Of a stretch of 64,000 bases of DNA, positions 50,296 to 63,740 are shown in pieces. The stretch lies in NCBI GenBank assembly GCA_964016885.1, contig OZ024749.1, positions 992,001 to 1,056,000 of the forward strand, written 5' to 3'. Positions within the stretch are counted from its first letter, which is position 1. Each line of letters begins with the position of its first letter. The position numbers and the translations under genes were made by a program. Source of the DNA: Eledone cirrhosa (Eukaryota). Below the pieces are notes generated by a model. The model was not told where the DNA came from and did not search any database. It saw only the letters and a program-made list of their open reading frames with translations.

Positions 50296-53065
50296 ATAGG
50301 AGGATACGTATTGGTATGTGTAAGTGTGTAAGCAGAAGGGAAAAGGAAAAAGGCAGGAGCACAAGGCCATGTCAGCAAGAGAGCTAGTTGAATGGTGGAT
50401 AGGGGTGGGTGGAGTAATTCGGAGTCAGCATCTGTTTAGCAAAGGCATGTGTGTGTATATATATACATACATACATATACACACACACACACACACATAT
50501 ATATACACACACATATATATATATATATTTACCTGATAAATGAATGTAATTATTAGCTATCCATTTATATTGTTTCAGTCTTCCCCATCACACACACATA
50601 TATATACGCACACACACATGTAAAGTGTAAGTGTATTGGGAATAAGAGGGATCAAATGTTTTGTAATGGAGAGAAGACTGCAGTGGTATGGTCATGTGAT
50701 GCACATGAAGGATGACAGTTATTTAAAAAGGTGCAGCGCTTTAGAGGTTGTAGGACACCCTGAAAGAGGAAGACCCAGGAAGATGTGGGGTGAAATGATA
50801 AAAGCGGACCTGACTCAATTGAATCTCCCAATGAGGATGGCATAGGACCAAGTCCTCTGGCACTACAACGTATAACAAAAGACCTGTGTTGACAACTCAA
50901 CCTCGGACTCGGCTCATAATGGCGCCACTCAGCCCCACACTGCAAACACGGTCGACGGCAGGACCACCCAGTAACATGGCTCCCTTTATGAGTAAAGCTT
51001 GATGTGGCCAACTGGCCAAACCTCTCTCATAAAGTATGGTTCCGCTGTCAGCAGGGTATGGTGCAGCCAGCTGGCCTGTCCCTCCTCGTGGCGGTGCCAT
51101 CCAGTTCCAGGCTCCCAAACTGTGGTTCCATAGTGAGAAGGGTTTGGCATGGTCCCTCCTCTCATAGCAGTGCCTTCCAGTCCCACACCGTAAATGTGGT
51201 TGTGGCTCCCAAACTATGGTACTGGTGTGAGAAGGGTTTGGCGTGGCCAACTGGCCTGTCCCTCTTCATAATAAATATGAAAGTGACTCACCTGGAGTTC
51301 TTTCTAGCACTCCATAAAGCCTGTCCTGTTTATTATTCTGCCCTTCTATATTACCTAACACCACGTGGAAAACATTTAAAAAAAAAATTTTCCCAAGGGT
51401 AGACTAGCATTTTAATAGAGTGCGAGATATATAAGTGTTTTTGTAGAGACTGACAAAGAGGTTCACCTCAATCGATAATTGCTGATCACTACTAATTACT
51501 GTAATCAATGGTAAATTCTCAATCTTTTAGAAGCTCAGAAACTGACCTGTCTACGATTGGATGGTCATATTTGGAAGTACAGCCATTTAAATATAGCAAT
51601 CTATATGAGTATCGTTCTTATTTAACTCCTAATTTGTAGTTAAATCTACATATTTTTTGCTATATATGTATATATGTATTAAATGCTAGTACATGTATAT
51701 ATACATGTACACACATGGGAAGGAGTAAAGAAAAGCTTGTATAATTAGTATGCAGAAAGATCGCTGTATGTGATGGAAAAGTAAAAAGGTGTAATGCTCG
51801 TTTTAATCTTAATCACTATCAAAGTAAATAGGTTAATCTGGTAGACATCATTTATTGAAATTAAATCAATAATGAAGTGTATTTTTATCCCCTTTATTCT
51901 GGTGGTGGTGTTGGTTGTGTGTATTAAGATAAATCTCCTTTGAGGTCATTGTGGCTCTAATATATGGCTTCCTAGCTTGAGGGTGATATTCTTTTAAAGC
52001 CAGATATAATTAGATTTGATATTGCTTCCTCAGAGAATGAAAACCTCTAATAGAGAGCTACAAGCAAAGACAAACAATAACAAGTGTTTCAAGGCCATTA
52101 CCCCTACTTAAACAGGAGTTATCCTTGCAGGGAGAGGCTCAATGACTAGCTTCTTCATTCTACCTTGTCTGTATCCTACCCACATTACCTGGCTTTAATT
52201 TCCTCCTCCATTATCTTTAGTCATATCTTCCTCTACTTCCTTCAAAATTCATCTCTATTACTCCTCCCATCCAGTCACTTTCATCCTCAACACATACCCA
52301 ACCACCTCATTCCATTTATCTTCACAACATCCACCATTGGTTCTATTCCAATCATCCACAAGACTATTCCCATTTACGTTATTTCCAACCTTCTCTGCTT
52401 CTTCATGTTCATCATCCATAAATCATGCCACCTACACCTTTCTCTTCTGCCTCAGTGGCACTGCCCTCTTCATAACCACTTAGTTCCCCAAACATTTCAC
52501 TCTAGCTACTGTTGCCCAACCTGATCCACCTCCTCTGTTCAACTTGTTTCAGAGCTAACAAACTGTGTATGTCTAATGTACATCATATCTGTGTGTGTCA
52601 TATGAAGTGACTAAAACATTTAGTGACAATCTGATTGTCAAAACATTGCCTTCAAAAGTATACCATGGTGACCTATAAACAAATGTATTATTATTACCAT
52701 TATTTTTGCCCACCTTTTCCATGCTGGTATAGACTATATGGGTTCAATTTAAGGGTAATATTTTATGGCTAGGTCCCTTCCCCTTATGTCACAACATGGG
52801 CATTCAGTGTAGCTATTTTGTGAATGGTTCTGAAATACCATAATAGATATTTGGATTATTTCTATTAAAAAGAAATTTATATTAATTTATTTAAAACTTT
52901 CAAGTATTCCAGATACTATTAAAAAATGGTTCCAGGGATACATATGTATTGTTTCAAAATAAGAACTAATGTGTTCATTTTACACACGGTTTCCTTGGTA
53001 ACCAGTAGGTATTAGAAGCATAATCAATTACTAAAGAAATATATATGTGATAGGGATTCCTTTAA

Positions 53066-53272
53066 CCCTTTAGCATTCAAATCGGCTATATCTGGCCACA
53101 ATTCTCTCACTTCTTTCTGTTGAAACTGGCCATAACTGGCTGCTCATCCAACATTAAAGTATTGTTCTCAAAATAAATAATATCAAAATCTCATAGATTC
53201 AATATTATGTGAGATAAAGTGTTAACCAGGAAAATACAATAATAAATATAGAGTAATGTAAATGCTAATGGG
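53066..53272. mobile_element. piggyBac-type MITE; inverted sibling at 1928-2207
   Basis: TTAA-ccctttagcatt ... aatgctaatggg-TTAA. Confidence 0.75.
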
Positions 53273-56004
53273 TTAATAATCCTCTGGAACATAACAGTTC
53301 TGAAAACAGCTAGCAGCAATTGAAGCAAAATTTAAATTAAGTAAAAAAAAATAATGATAAAAACCACTTTTGAAATAATTTTTAATTTTCTACTAAATAA
53401 ATATTGAAATTGTATTTAATTCTTTCTCCATTAAAAAAACACCATGATCTGTATTGGTTGTGTATTATGTCGGACGCCATGCTTTCCAGCATAGTTACGT
53501 CCCTTTACGATCTGAGTTCAAATCCCGCCGAGGTTAACTTTGCCTTTCATCCTTACGGGGGTCGATAAAATAAAGTACCAGTAATGCACTGGGTAATTGC
53601 TGGCCTTGTGCCTAACGTAGAAACAATTATTAAAATATAATATATAATATAAAGTCATGCATGAATGGATCCATGTTGATTTGAAAATATCTGAAAATCA
53701 ATTAAGACAGAAGAATTCCACAAAAGAGAAGATAACCCCCCCACCAACACCACAAAACCCCCCCAAAACATGGCTTTCAAAGTATTCTTGTAAAAATTCT
53801 GATTTCTCACAAAGAGGAAGATGAACAGGTTTATTTAACTATAAAATGAGATATAAATATAGAAGTCCCATTTTTATCCTTATAGTTTGAGATATGCTTT
53901 CCTATAAATATATTAACTCGTTAGACAGCAAAATATCAAAACTAATCTATACAATACTGAAAGCTATGTTATATTGTTTATATTTGTTGAAAAATATTTG
54001 TTTACAAACAAACCGAGCATTATAATAAATGTTCGGTAAACCCATACGTACATACATATATATATGCGTGTGTGCATGTATGTATGTATATACATACTAC
54101 TGTGCGTCTGTATACATATATGTATGTACGTATACATACTTATATTTCAACATAATTTTATGTAAGAACCTTTGTTACATTATGCTTCAAGCATCAGCTT
54201 AATAATGGTTTCGGATTTAGACACAAGGCCAATAATTTTTGGGGAGGGGAATGTTGAATAAATCGACCTCAGTACATTACTGGTACTTTATTTTATTGAC
54301 CCCGTAAGGATGAAAGCAAAGCTAACCGTGGCAGAATTTGAACTCAGATTGTAAAGGAAAGGTTTAATCTTTTTTTTTTTATTTTAATTTTCTTAACTAT
54401 TTTGGCATTATCTTTGCTTGATCAATAATTTAATATTATTATAATATACATTCATATAGGGTGGTGAATTGGCAGTATCAGTATAGCATCAGGCACCATG
54501 CTTTGTGACATAGAGTTACATCCCTTTATGTTCTGAGTTCAAATCCCTCTGAAGTTAACTTTGCTTTTCATCCTTATGGAGTCGATAAAATAAAGCACCA
54601 GTAATGCACTGGGGGTAATTGCTGGCCTTGTGCCTAAATCAGAAACAATTATAATATACATTCATACTCCTGTGAAATATATGAGGAATCAGTACAAAAA
54701 CAGTTTTAAACTGCATTTTACTTCCATTGGTACCGGCTGCTTTTGTGTTGTACAGTTTTAGTCATTATTATTTTTTTTTTTTTCAATATGATATTTATGG
54801 CTACCTTTCTAACATGGGCTGAGCAAAACATTTTTGAGGCAGAATTTTATGGTCAAATGTCTTCTCTGATGTCAGAAGGCAAAACCAGGTACTGGTCTTT
54901 GCATATCAAATTACTGAACTTGCAGGACATAAACAAATGTTATTACCTGTATAAGTGAAATGCATAAACATCTTACTGCCTCCTTCATTGCAGAGTGTAC
55001 CTGGTACCTCGTTTCTCTCCTCACTTCTTGTTTTCTGGTTCCACATTCCTGTCAGTTTTTTCATGCCTGTCTCTTATCTTTAATTGCCTCATTTACCATA
55101 CTACTCCACAGCCACATTACCTTCCATCTTGCAGTGGCTTTCAGCAGGTTATCGCTCAAGAATCCCCACTGTCTCTTATTCCTTACTGTCACAAGCATCA
55201 AGCAGAGCATCACTAATTTTGATAATAGTTAAGAGTTCCCTCAGCTTCTGTATCCTTCCAAATTGCCTTTTGTCTTCAAGTTTGTCTGGTTCTAACGCTA
55301 AAGTCACTAACTATTAGGTTATGTGGGGTGTGGTGAGCTCCTCACAAAGGAAACACCAGTCTTCTGGTCAAACTAAAATATATTTGGTTTGCATGTTTGC
55401 CTGACTAATCAAGTGGCTGGTTGGTTTTCTGAAGTTAGTCTTGCTGATAGTTGAATCATTAGCACCACAGAACACCTGGAGCCTTCATCCATCTTCATTT
55501 CTTCTACTGAACTCAAAGTCTCCATCAACATAGATGTTTTCATTTTTTATTTAGGAATTGATTGACAAGATCTCAGACCTCGTTCTCTTACTAAGTAGGG
55601 TATATAAAGACATATAAACATTTAACAAGGGCTGGATGGGTTGTCTTAGACCACATTAGTGTTTAATTGTAGACACTGACGCCCCAGATGACCCAGGGGC
55701 CAGCATTTCACTTACATACTATCCTTGCACTCAAGGGATGCTAGGGAGGATGTTGTATCTGTGACACTGTTGAAGAGTCCTCCCAACAAGTTTTTTACTA
55801 ATATATATACTAGTGTATTAGATATGTGAAGGCATGTGGCTTAGTGGTTAAAAGCGTTGGGTTCATAATCATAAGATCATGTGTGATAACAAAGGATGTT
55901 ATTTCACTGGTGCCAAGCTTGGCCTTTGCCTTTCACAACATTAATATTTTATATAAGGTATAATTCCGTTATAACAAATTTTTTTTCAATCCTTGAGGTA
56001 ATAA

Positions 56005-56221
56005 TGGTTTCTTATATAGGCACAAGGCCAGTAATTTGGGGGAAGGCGAAAGTCGATTAAATCGACCCCAGTATGTTACTGGTGCTTTATTTTATCGACC
56101 CCATAAGGATGAAAAGCAAAGTTAACCTCGGCGGGATTTGAGCTCAGATCATAAAGGGCCGTAACTCTATGCTGCAAAGCATGGCGTCCAACCCTCTACC
56201 AATACTGCCAATCCACTGTCC
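56005..56221 (-). mobile_element. Full tRNA-SINE with 19-bp TSD, inserted into a small TIR element
   Basis: tcaatccttgaggtaataa at 55986-56004 and 56222-56240. Confidence 0.9.
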
Positions 56222-57373
56222 TCAATCCTTGAGGTAATAACAAACAAATGCTCGATTTGTTTCTGTCGATCTCGTTATAAAGAATTTTTCATTACAAATT
56301 TTTTTTTGTACCCCGTGACTTTCGTTATAATGGAATTTCACTGTATATGAAATGCAATGTCCCAAGTGCCAAACTGTCTCTGCCTTTCCTTTAAACAACA
56401 TCGGTGGCATGGAGAAGGTAGATTGGCATAGATGGGCAACCCTTCCACAAAAAACACATTGCCTTTATATTACACTAGACCATCTGTGACCCATTGGGTC
56501 ATGTTCACTTAAAAATAATTTTTAAATAATTAAAATACACAGACATGTATATAATATAAAATGAAAATAGAAGGCCCATATATATGTGTGTGTGTGTATG
56601 TGTGTATATAAATGTGTGTGTGTATATATGTGTGTGTGTATATATATGTAGGTGTCTTTCAATCTATCTCAATTTATGAAGGGACCTGGAAAAACCATCT
56701 TGGGAACCCGTGAAACTTCTTTTATTCCATTTGTATTCCCATTTCAGGAGAAACTTGCACTGTTTTGGCTGTATTAACAGACAAGCACACAATCACAGAG
56801 TTTTAGTAGTATTTAGATATATTAATGTATATGTAATAAGATAGAAGTAGGAACTAACAAGACTGTACTTTAAATTGCTACAATAAGCATTTGCAGAGTC
56901 TTCTGCTATAATCAGTTGAATAGGAATTACAAAAACATATTTTCAATAGAAATCAATCAATATTAATTAAAAATAAATAAAGATATATATTAAAGCAGCC
57001 ATTAACTATAAAACCTTATGTCAATTAAAGATAGGAGATAAAAATTTAATGAAACTTTTGCTAATAGTGCTAAATGTAAATTTTCTAACACAAAAGTAAA
57101 AAGAAATTATATTAACACTTGTAACCAAGCGAATATATATGTGTGTGTGTATATATATGAATATATATATATACATATATGTATAAATGTGTGTGTGTGT
57201 GTGTGTATTTTTGAAATTGTTTTGCAAGATTTCTTATCTGAAAACGTGTGTTGAAACAGATATTGTTATACTTTGGGAGGGTCATGCTGCCAATAAAAAC
57301 ACATGCACATGTTGGTTTTCACTTCAATTTATTATAAATTTCCGGTTGGTTGGTTGCTTCGATAACCGGAATG

Positions 57374-57573
57374 TTGTTTATATATTGTCAAAGCTCTTTC
57401 GTCACACATTCTGTGACCTCATCAGTGATTGGGTTTTTGTTTTGTGTCTCTCCTTTGTTCTGTCCTACACCAACAAGATGGTGTAGGACAGAAAGGAGAT
57501 ACAAAAATAACAAATTAGTCAGTGAGGAGGTTACAGAAAGTGTAACGAAAGAGCTTTGACAATATATAAACAA
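57374..57573. repeat. Foldback palindrome, arms about 97 bp, 6-nt loop
   Basis: Centre tgtcctacacca-acaaga-tggtgtaggaca; outer arms ttgtttatatattgtcaaagctctttcgt. Confidence 0.93.
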
Positions 57574-57669
57574 GAGCCTCCCAAAGTATAACAATATATA
57601 TATATAATTATATATGTATGTGTGTATGTACATGTATGTGTATATATATATATGTATATTTATATATCT

Positions 57670-58378
57670 CAGTAAGCAAGAGATGGAATGAGACATACAG
57701 GAAGGTATGGAGAAGAAAGGTCTTGAAGCTAAAAGACCTTTCACTAAAATACAAATTTAGGAAAGCCCTTCAAGATGTGTATGATCAAAAAGAAGACGAT
57801 TTAGAGACGTATGACATAGATGATAACTCGAATTTATTACGTGACAACTTACTGCAGGCTACTGATGAAACTTGTGGCTGGAGTAGAGCTCCAACCAGAC
57901 AGAGAGTGACCTGGTGGTGGAACAGCACAGTAGATAAGGCCATTAGATACAAAAGACTAACATGGAAGGCTTGGTAAAAGGGTGGGAGTAGAGAAAGATA
58001 TATAGCCACTAAGAGAGAAGCTAGACGTCAGGTGTACTTAGCACGCACGGAGGCTGAGAGTAGGAGGTTTGCCAATGTTCTGCGACGGGAAGATCCGAGG
58101 TGTGCGTTGTTCCACATTGCAAATCAGGATGTTGTTGGAGATAAATGTGTCCAGAATGATGCCGGTGTACTTAGTGTCACGAATGATCAGAAAAAGGAGG
58201 CCTGGAAATGTCATTATGAGAGACTGATGAATGTGAAGAACGAATGGGAGAGACCTCAGATCGCTGAAGCTCACGGTGGAGATGACGAAGGACCGTGACA
58301 AGTGTAGAGATGCTGTGCTGAATAAGACACGTCCCACCCTTGCAAGCAGGGAAAAGCGGATGTAAAATGATGATGATG
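57670..58378 (+). mobile_element. RTE LINE copy with a large internal deletion that removes the RT
   Basis: Matches the 12075 element to ...gaatgggagaga, then jumps to cctcagatc near the 3' end; (GAT)n tail. Confidence 0.9.
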
Positions 58379-58384
58379 TATATA

Positions 58385-60235
58385 CATCATCATCATTTTA
58401 CATCCGCTTGCAAGGGTGAGACAGCACAGCATCTCTCCACATATCATGGTCCCTCGTGATCTCCTCTGAGCTTCAGCGATCTGAAGTTAGCTCTCACCAC
58501 CTCTGCCCATGTTTTTCATGGTCTTCCTCAACCGTGTCTTCCTACCACCGGGATTTCTTGGCACTTCTTCACGGTCATCTTCCATGCACATTACATGTCC
58601 ATACCAACGCAGTCTTCTCTCCCGCACACCACAACTTATCCCTCTCAGACATAGTTTCACTCTCAACTCGTCTATGCTTGGTCATTCACGCACATTGACA
58701 TTGCACATCCAACGGAGCATACTTGCTTCATTTCTCTCCAGCCGTCGCATATCCTCTGCAGTTACTGCCCATGTCTCACTACCATGTAGCATCGTGCATC
58801 TCACACAGGCATCATATAACTGGCCTTCTGTTCGCAGGGAGAAATTCTTCTTTGTTAACAGAGGAAGCAGCTCCCTAAACTTCTTCTATCTTGTCCTTAT
58901 TCTAGATACTATGACTTTGGAGCACCCTCCTCTCTTGTTAATCTGATCAGCTGGGTACCGGAAGCTATCAACCACCTCTATAGATCTTACCTGTATTTGA
59001 AAAATGTGTCTATCAACGCGACTTCTACTATCAAATTTCCCTGAACATCTACCACATATGAAGTTTTCCTTTCCTGTTAGTTTACCTGCTATCCCACTAC
59101 ATCTCTTGTGTACCCAGGATCTGCATTGTGTGCATTTTATAGAATTTATGCCAGCTCCTTTCCTACATATCGAACATGGCCATTTCCCTGATGGAATCAG
59201 AGTTTTGTCCTCTTTTCTACTCATCAACACTTTTGTCTTAGCTAGGTTCACTCTCAGTCCTCTTGCTTCCAACTGCTGTTTCCATAGCCAGAATTTATTC
59301 TCTAGCTCCTCTACTGATTCTGCTATAAGAACCAGATCGTCAGCATAGAGAAGTTCCCATGGACAGCCAGTCTTAAACTCCTCTGTTATGGCTTGGAGGG
59401 CTATAACGAACAAGAGCGGGCTGAGGACCGAACCTTGATGTACTCCTACTTGTATCTGGAATTCCTCACTAAACTCCATTCCTACCCTCACTTTACTGAC
59501 AGCACCTCTGTACAAAGCTTGCACTGTCCTCACACTTAGTTTCCTTAGGGACCACCAGATGACAGATTGGGGTACCCTATCAAAGGCCTTCTCTAGGTCA
59601 ACAAAAGCTAAGTATAGTGGCTTATTCTTCTCTAAGAACCTCTCTTTTAGTTGCCTCACTAAGACGAGGGCATTTGTTGTACTTTTCTCAGGCACAAAAC
59701 CAAACTGCATCTCATATAATTTGACCCTTTTTCTAATTAGTTGCGCTAATATTCTCTCTGCCACTTTCATAACCTGATCCATCAGTTTTAATTGCTCCTC
59801 TCCAGAGCATCCCCTTTACCTTTGTAGCAATTTATGAGAATTCTGCTGCACCAGTCTTTGGGTATGACACCACCATATATAGCCTGATTGATGATGCGTG
59901 CAACCAGTTTAGTGCCTACGTCCCCTGATGCCTTCAACATCTCAGCAACTATCCCCGATTGTCCAGCAGCCTTACCACTTTTCATTTCCTTAATTGCCTC
60001 TTGGACCCTATATTCATCAATCTCAATGGTTGGTCCTTCTGTCAGGTCTACTGGGAGTAGTTTCTCTCTCTCCCATTCATTCTCAACATTCATCAGTCTC
60101 TCATAATGACATTTCCAGGCCTCCTTTTTCTGAGCACCAGTTACATTAAGTGCACCAGCATCATTTCGGACACACTTATTTCCAACAACATCCTGGTTTA
60201 CACTGACACACTGCCTTGCAATGCAGAACACGTCT
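58385..60235 (-). mobile_element. 5'-truncated RTE LINE, tail-to-tail with the previous copy
   Basis: ORFs 58886-59782 and 59788-60342 are highly similar to ORF 11976-14066. Confidence 0.95.
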
Positions 60236-60442
60236 CTGATCCTATATGTGTGTGTGTAAGTATATATATACATACACAGAGTATTTTTATGAAAATAAAA
60301 CATTATAAAATACCAATTTATCTTGACTAAAAATGATGGCATGAATAAAGAATGTCCATGGTAATAGGAAAGTATTTAACTATGAATGCCAGTTTAAATA
60401 AAGTAAAATAAATTCATAAGAACTAGGTAGATGTTTACTTAC

Positions 60443-60496
60443 AGTTCTGTCCTCCAGGTACATTGTTTTGGATAGGAAATCTATTCCAATTGTGGC
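60443..60496 (-). CDS. Rab6: Rab6 internal exon (54 bp), ATIGIDFLSKTMYLEDRT, switch I/effector region
   Basis: Manual minus-strand translation matches Rab6. Flanked by tttccatttcag acceptor and gtaagt donor; phase 0-0. Confidence 0.96.
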
Positions 60497-60624
60497 CTGA
60501 AATGGAAAAAGTTACAGAACATGTAAGAATATGAAGATATATATTTCAAAATTAATAGTTGAGTTAAAAACTCACTATACTCCCTTATAATCAAATTAAC
60601 TTAAGGAAAAAGTTTTGATCCCTA

Positions 60625-60870
60625 TATAACACAGTAAAGAGAGAAAAACACACATATATTTATGTGTGTGTGATCAAATCATAAGGGATACGAAACCACC
60701 AAAGTGAAGAAGATACACTGAACTCAAAATGATAAATTAAGGTAAACGAACCGACTATGATAACTATCAACATCCAGACAGTTTTAAGGTAGAACTGTTT
60801 CGCAATTCAGTGAAGAGATATATTGGTCTGTTGTTGCTTTCTATCCCTTATTATTTGATCACACACAGAC

Positions 60871-60901
<31 letters not shown>

Positions 60902-60925
60902 GTGTTCTCTCTTTACTATGTTATA
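60625..60925. repeat. Foldback element with imperfect arms of about 75 bp
   Basis: tataacacagtaaagagag / ctctctttactatgttata and gtgtgtgatcaaat..taagggata / tatccctta..atttgatcacacac. Confidence 0.8.
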
Positions 60926-60929
60926 AACA

Positions 60930-60961
<32 letters not shown>

Positions 60962-61841
60962 CAGGGTGCGGACGATATTTGTTTGCAAGATTACTGTTTA
61001 TGAAAAAATAACACAGTAGTTTTATTTTTTAAGATTTATTTATCAAACTTGTGTCAGTTTGTCTTCATGACTTGTTCTTTCGATCTCACTCGATAAACCA
61101 GCCATTGGCTTTGATGACGGCCTTGGAACCGGCTACAGGCCCTTGTTACTGCCCCCCGACTTAGGCCCCTAAAGGCACTTGTGATCCTGGCCTTCAGATC
61201 GTCTTTCGAATCGCAGCTAGATCTGTTGGTGTCTCGTTCCCCTCCGCCCCACACAAATAAGTCGAGGAGGTTGCAGTCAGGCGAGCTGGGAGGCCAGATG
61301 TCAGGTGAAGTGTGGTCGACGAAGTTCTCTGACAGCCAGGCTTGGGTCTTTCGGCTGGTATGTCAGGGCGCTGAGTCTTGCTGCCACACATACGGCCTAC
61401 CTGCAGCTACCTGGTCGTACGACAGCTTTACTACCTCGCTCAGAACGCGGATGTAGCCATCGGTGTTCAGTTTGAGGCACTCAGGGAAGAAGTGAGGTGG
61501 CATGACGTCATCTCGATTGCTGACGACACCTAAGACCAATGTTATCACTGGAAACTTTGTCTGCATGACTCTCGGCACGTCTTTGGATGAGACAGCGAGC
61601 CACCTGTTGTTCTGGGAGTTGATCTTCTGGTCTTATTAGTCCTCCCGGCGTGGATTCCAAGAAGAACTCTGTGTCTCTTCCCCAAATTTGGAGGTTCAAA
61701 ATTATTCATAATCAATTATTCTGAAAATAAATAATGGAAATATAGTCACTGCTTTTATGAAGACAAGAGTGACAACGGAAGTAAAAAAATTTGCGTAAAA
61801 TTAGCAGTTGAAAATTGTGAACAAATATCGTCCGCACCCTG
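60962..61841 (-). mobile_element. Deleted Tc1/mariner-superfamily transposon (maT/DD37D-like)
   Basis: TIRs cagggtgcggacgatatttgtt with TA TSD; transposase remnants LGVVSNRDDVMPPHFF, WQQDSAP and WPPSSPDCNLLD. Confidence 0.88.
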
Positions 61842-61849
61842 TATATATA

Positions 61850-62610
61850 CTAGCTGAGTTACCCGGCTTCGCCCGGGAGAATAGTTAAGAGAAGACGGAT
61901 AAAAGAGAAAACGACTGTATTGGATGTGTTCTCTGGATTACAGTATGAGGTGAGACCGTAATGTGTGTGAGAGGGAGACATAAAACTTCCTTATTAGGCT
62001 GGGGGAGTAAACTGCCAATTAAATTGTAATATTGGCCTTGAATTTTAAATGTGAAATAATTGTTTCTACGTTAGGCACAAGGCCAGCAATTACCCAGTGT
62101 ATTACTGGTACTTTATTTTATCGACCCCGTAAGGATGAAAGGCAAAGTTAACCTCGGCGGGATTTAAATGTGAAATAATCATAGTCAGTATGATCTTTTT
62201 CAGCTCCAAAGGACGTCAACAGAAACACAGCAATATGCTGCATAACATTGCTTCTGAAGAATTGCTTTGTTAGTACGGTCTATAAGTAGTATATGGATAA
62301 AAGCTGGAAGGAAGATTAATTTCAAATAGTATCAATTTTTCTTTGTTCTGTAAAATAAAACACTGTAAAATGACTTTATAAAAGCTAACACAATATTGTT
62401 AAACCTTCCTATAGATCAAAGGATCTATAGTTTAAGCCATTTCTAGACTTTCGTGGGACGTTACTCTCTCTCTCTCTCTGAATATCTAACACTTTAATTG
62501 TATCTCTCTCTTTCTGCCTCTTCCTCTGTGTTTCTCTCTCTTTAAATGTGTATGCATAGCTTTCATGTGATTCAACCAACCAATAAACATCTCTCTTTTA
62601 TATATAGAGA
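61850..62610 (-). mobile_element. Non-autonomous Helitron
   Basis: Minus strand 5' A|TCTCTATATATAAAAG; 3' hairpin CCCGGGCGAAGCCGGG followed by TAACTCAG-CTAG|T; A|T target with no TSD. Confidence 0.78.
62061..62162 (-). mobile_element. 5'-truncated tRNA-SINE inserted in the Helitron, 17-bp TSD
   Basis: tttaaatgtgaaataat at 62044-62060 and 62163-62179. Confidence 0.88.
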
Positions 62611-62944
62611 TATATGATGTTTGAAGGCCATGACTATATATAGATATATGATGTTTGAAGGCCATGACTATATATAGATATATGATGTTTGAAGGCCATG
62701 ACTATATATAGATATATGATGTTTGGAGGCCATGACTATATATAGAGATATGATGTTTGAAGGCCATGACTATATATAGATATATGATGTTTGAAGGCCA
62801 TGACTATATATAGAGATATGATGTTTGAAGGCCATGACTATATATAGATATATGATGTTTGAAGGCCATGACTATATATATAGATATATGATGTTTGAAG
62901 GCCATGACTATATATAGAGATATATGATGTTTGAAGGCCATGAC
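62600..62944. repeat. 34-bp minisatellite, about 10 copies
   Basis: Unit tatatatagatatatgatgtttgaaggccatgac. Confidence 0.95.
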
Positions 62945-63059
62945 AATACGAAATGGAGGAACAAGAAAATAAGATGAAGCAAATTAAATAGGTCTCAATA
63001 TGTAAACTAAACGACTAATCTATTTTAGAATCATTCTTTAAACTATATATGTGTGTGTA

Positions 63060-63740
63060 GTAATGATAATGGGGTTGATAACTGTGTCCGAACACAGAAG
63101 AGCCGAACTCCCACTGTCATCACCTCCATCTAATGGTGTCCCACGTGCTGGCCTACCCACAGCCCCCGCGGACAGAATGGAGAAAAAATTACCCCGGATA
63201 AGGGAGATGCGCTGGAAGAGCCATTCCATCTCGCGAGGCTCACACCTGTGGCCAGCCAGCTCAGTGCCTATGGTGGTAAGTAGGGAAGTAGCCCTAGGGC
63301 CAAGGACACCAGAAGTCCCCACTGCTAGGGGCTCGGCTGCAAACCTGCCGGAGAGCGACCGATACTTGCAGAACTTGCCCTCCTCAGCCCGAAGTGCAAC
63401 AGAACCTGGGTTAGTCGCAGACTGCACCAGGTTGCCACTGGAGAATGTGTTGCTGCAAGTGGCATCCCTGATGAGGGGTTTACCACCGCAGAACGGGAAG
63501 ATGGTCATACTGTCTGGCCTTTTACTGTCCCCTCGGTCCAGCAGGGAGAGGAAGCCTGCAGCATCCAAGCCATGCTTTATGACGTTGTTGAGGGAAGCAT
63601 GGCATGGAAGGCGGCTGGCACAGTAGCGACAGGAAAGTGGGTGGAGGTGGAAAGAGTCCATGGTGGATCCACAGCGACATTTATGTGGCTCGCAGATCTG
63701 GAGACCAAGCCTCAGGGAAACCCCAATGTGCAAGACGAAG
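63060..63740 (-). mobile_element. 3' fragment of a CRE-clade non-LTR retrotransposon (zinc knuckle + REL endonuclease)
   Basis: LRLG..C.C...H.LSC, RPD, K..KY and LFQRIS..RGN in ORF 63038-63733. Confidence 0.85.
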
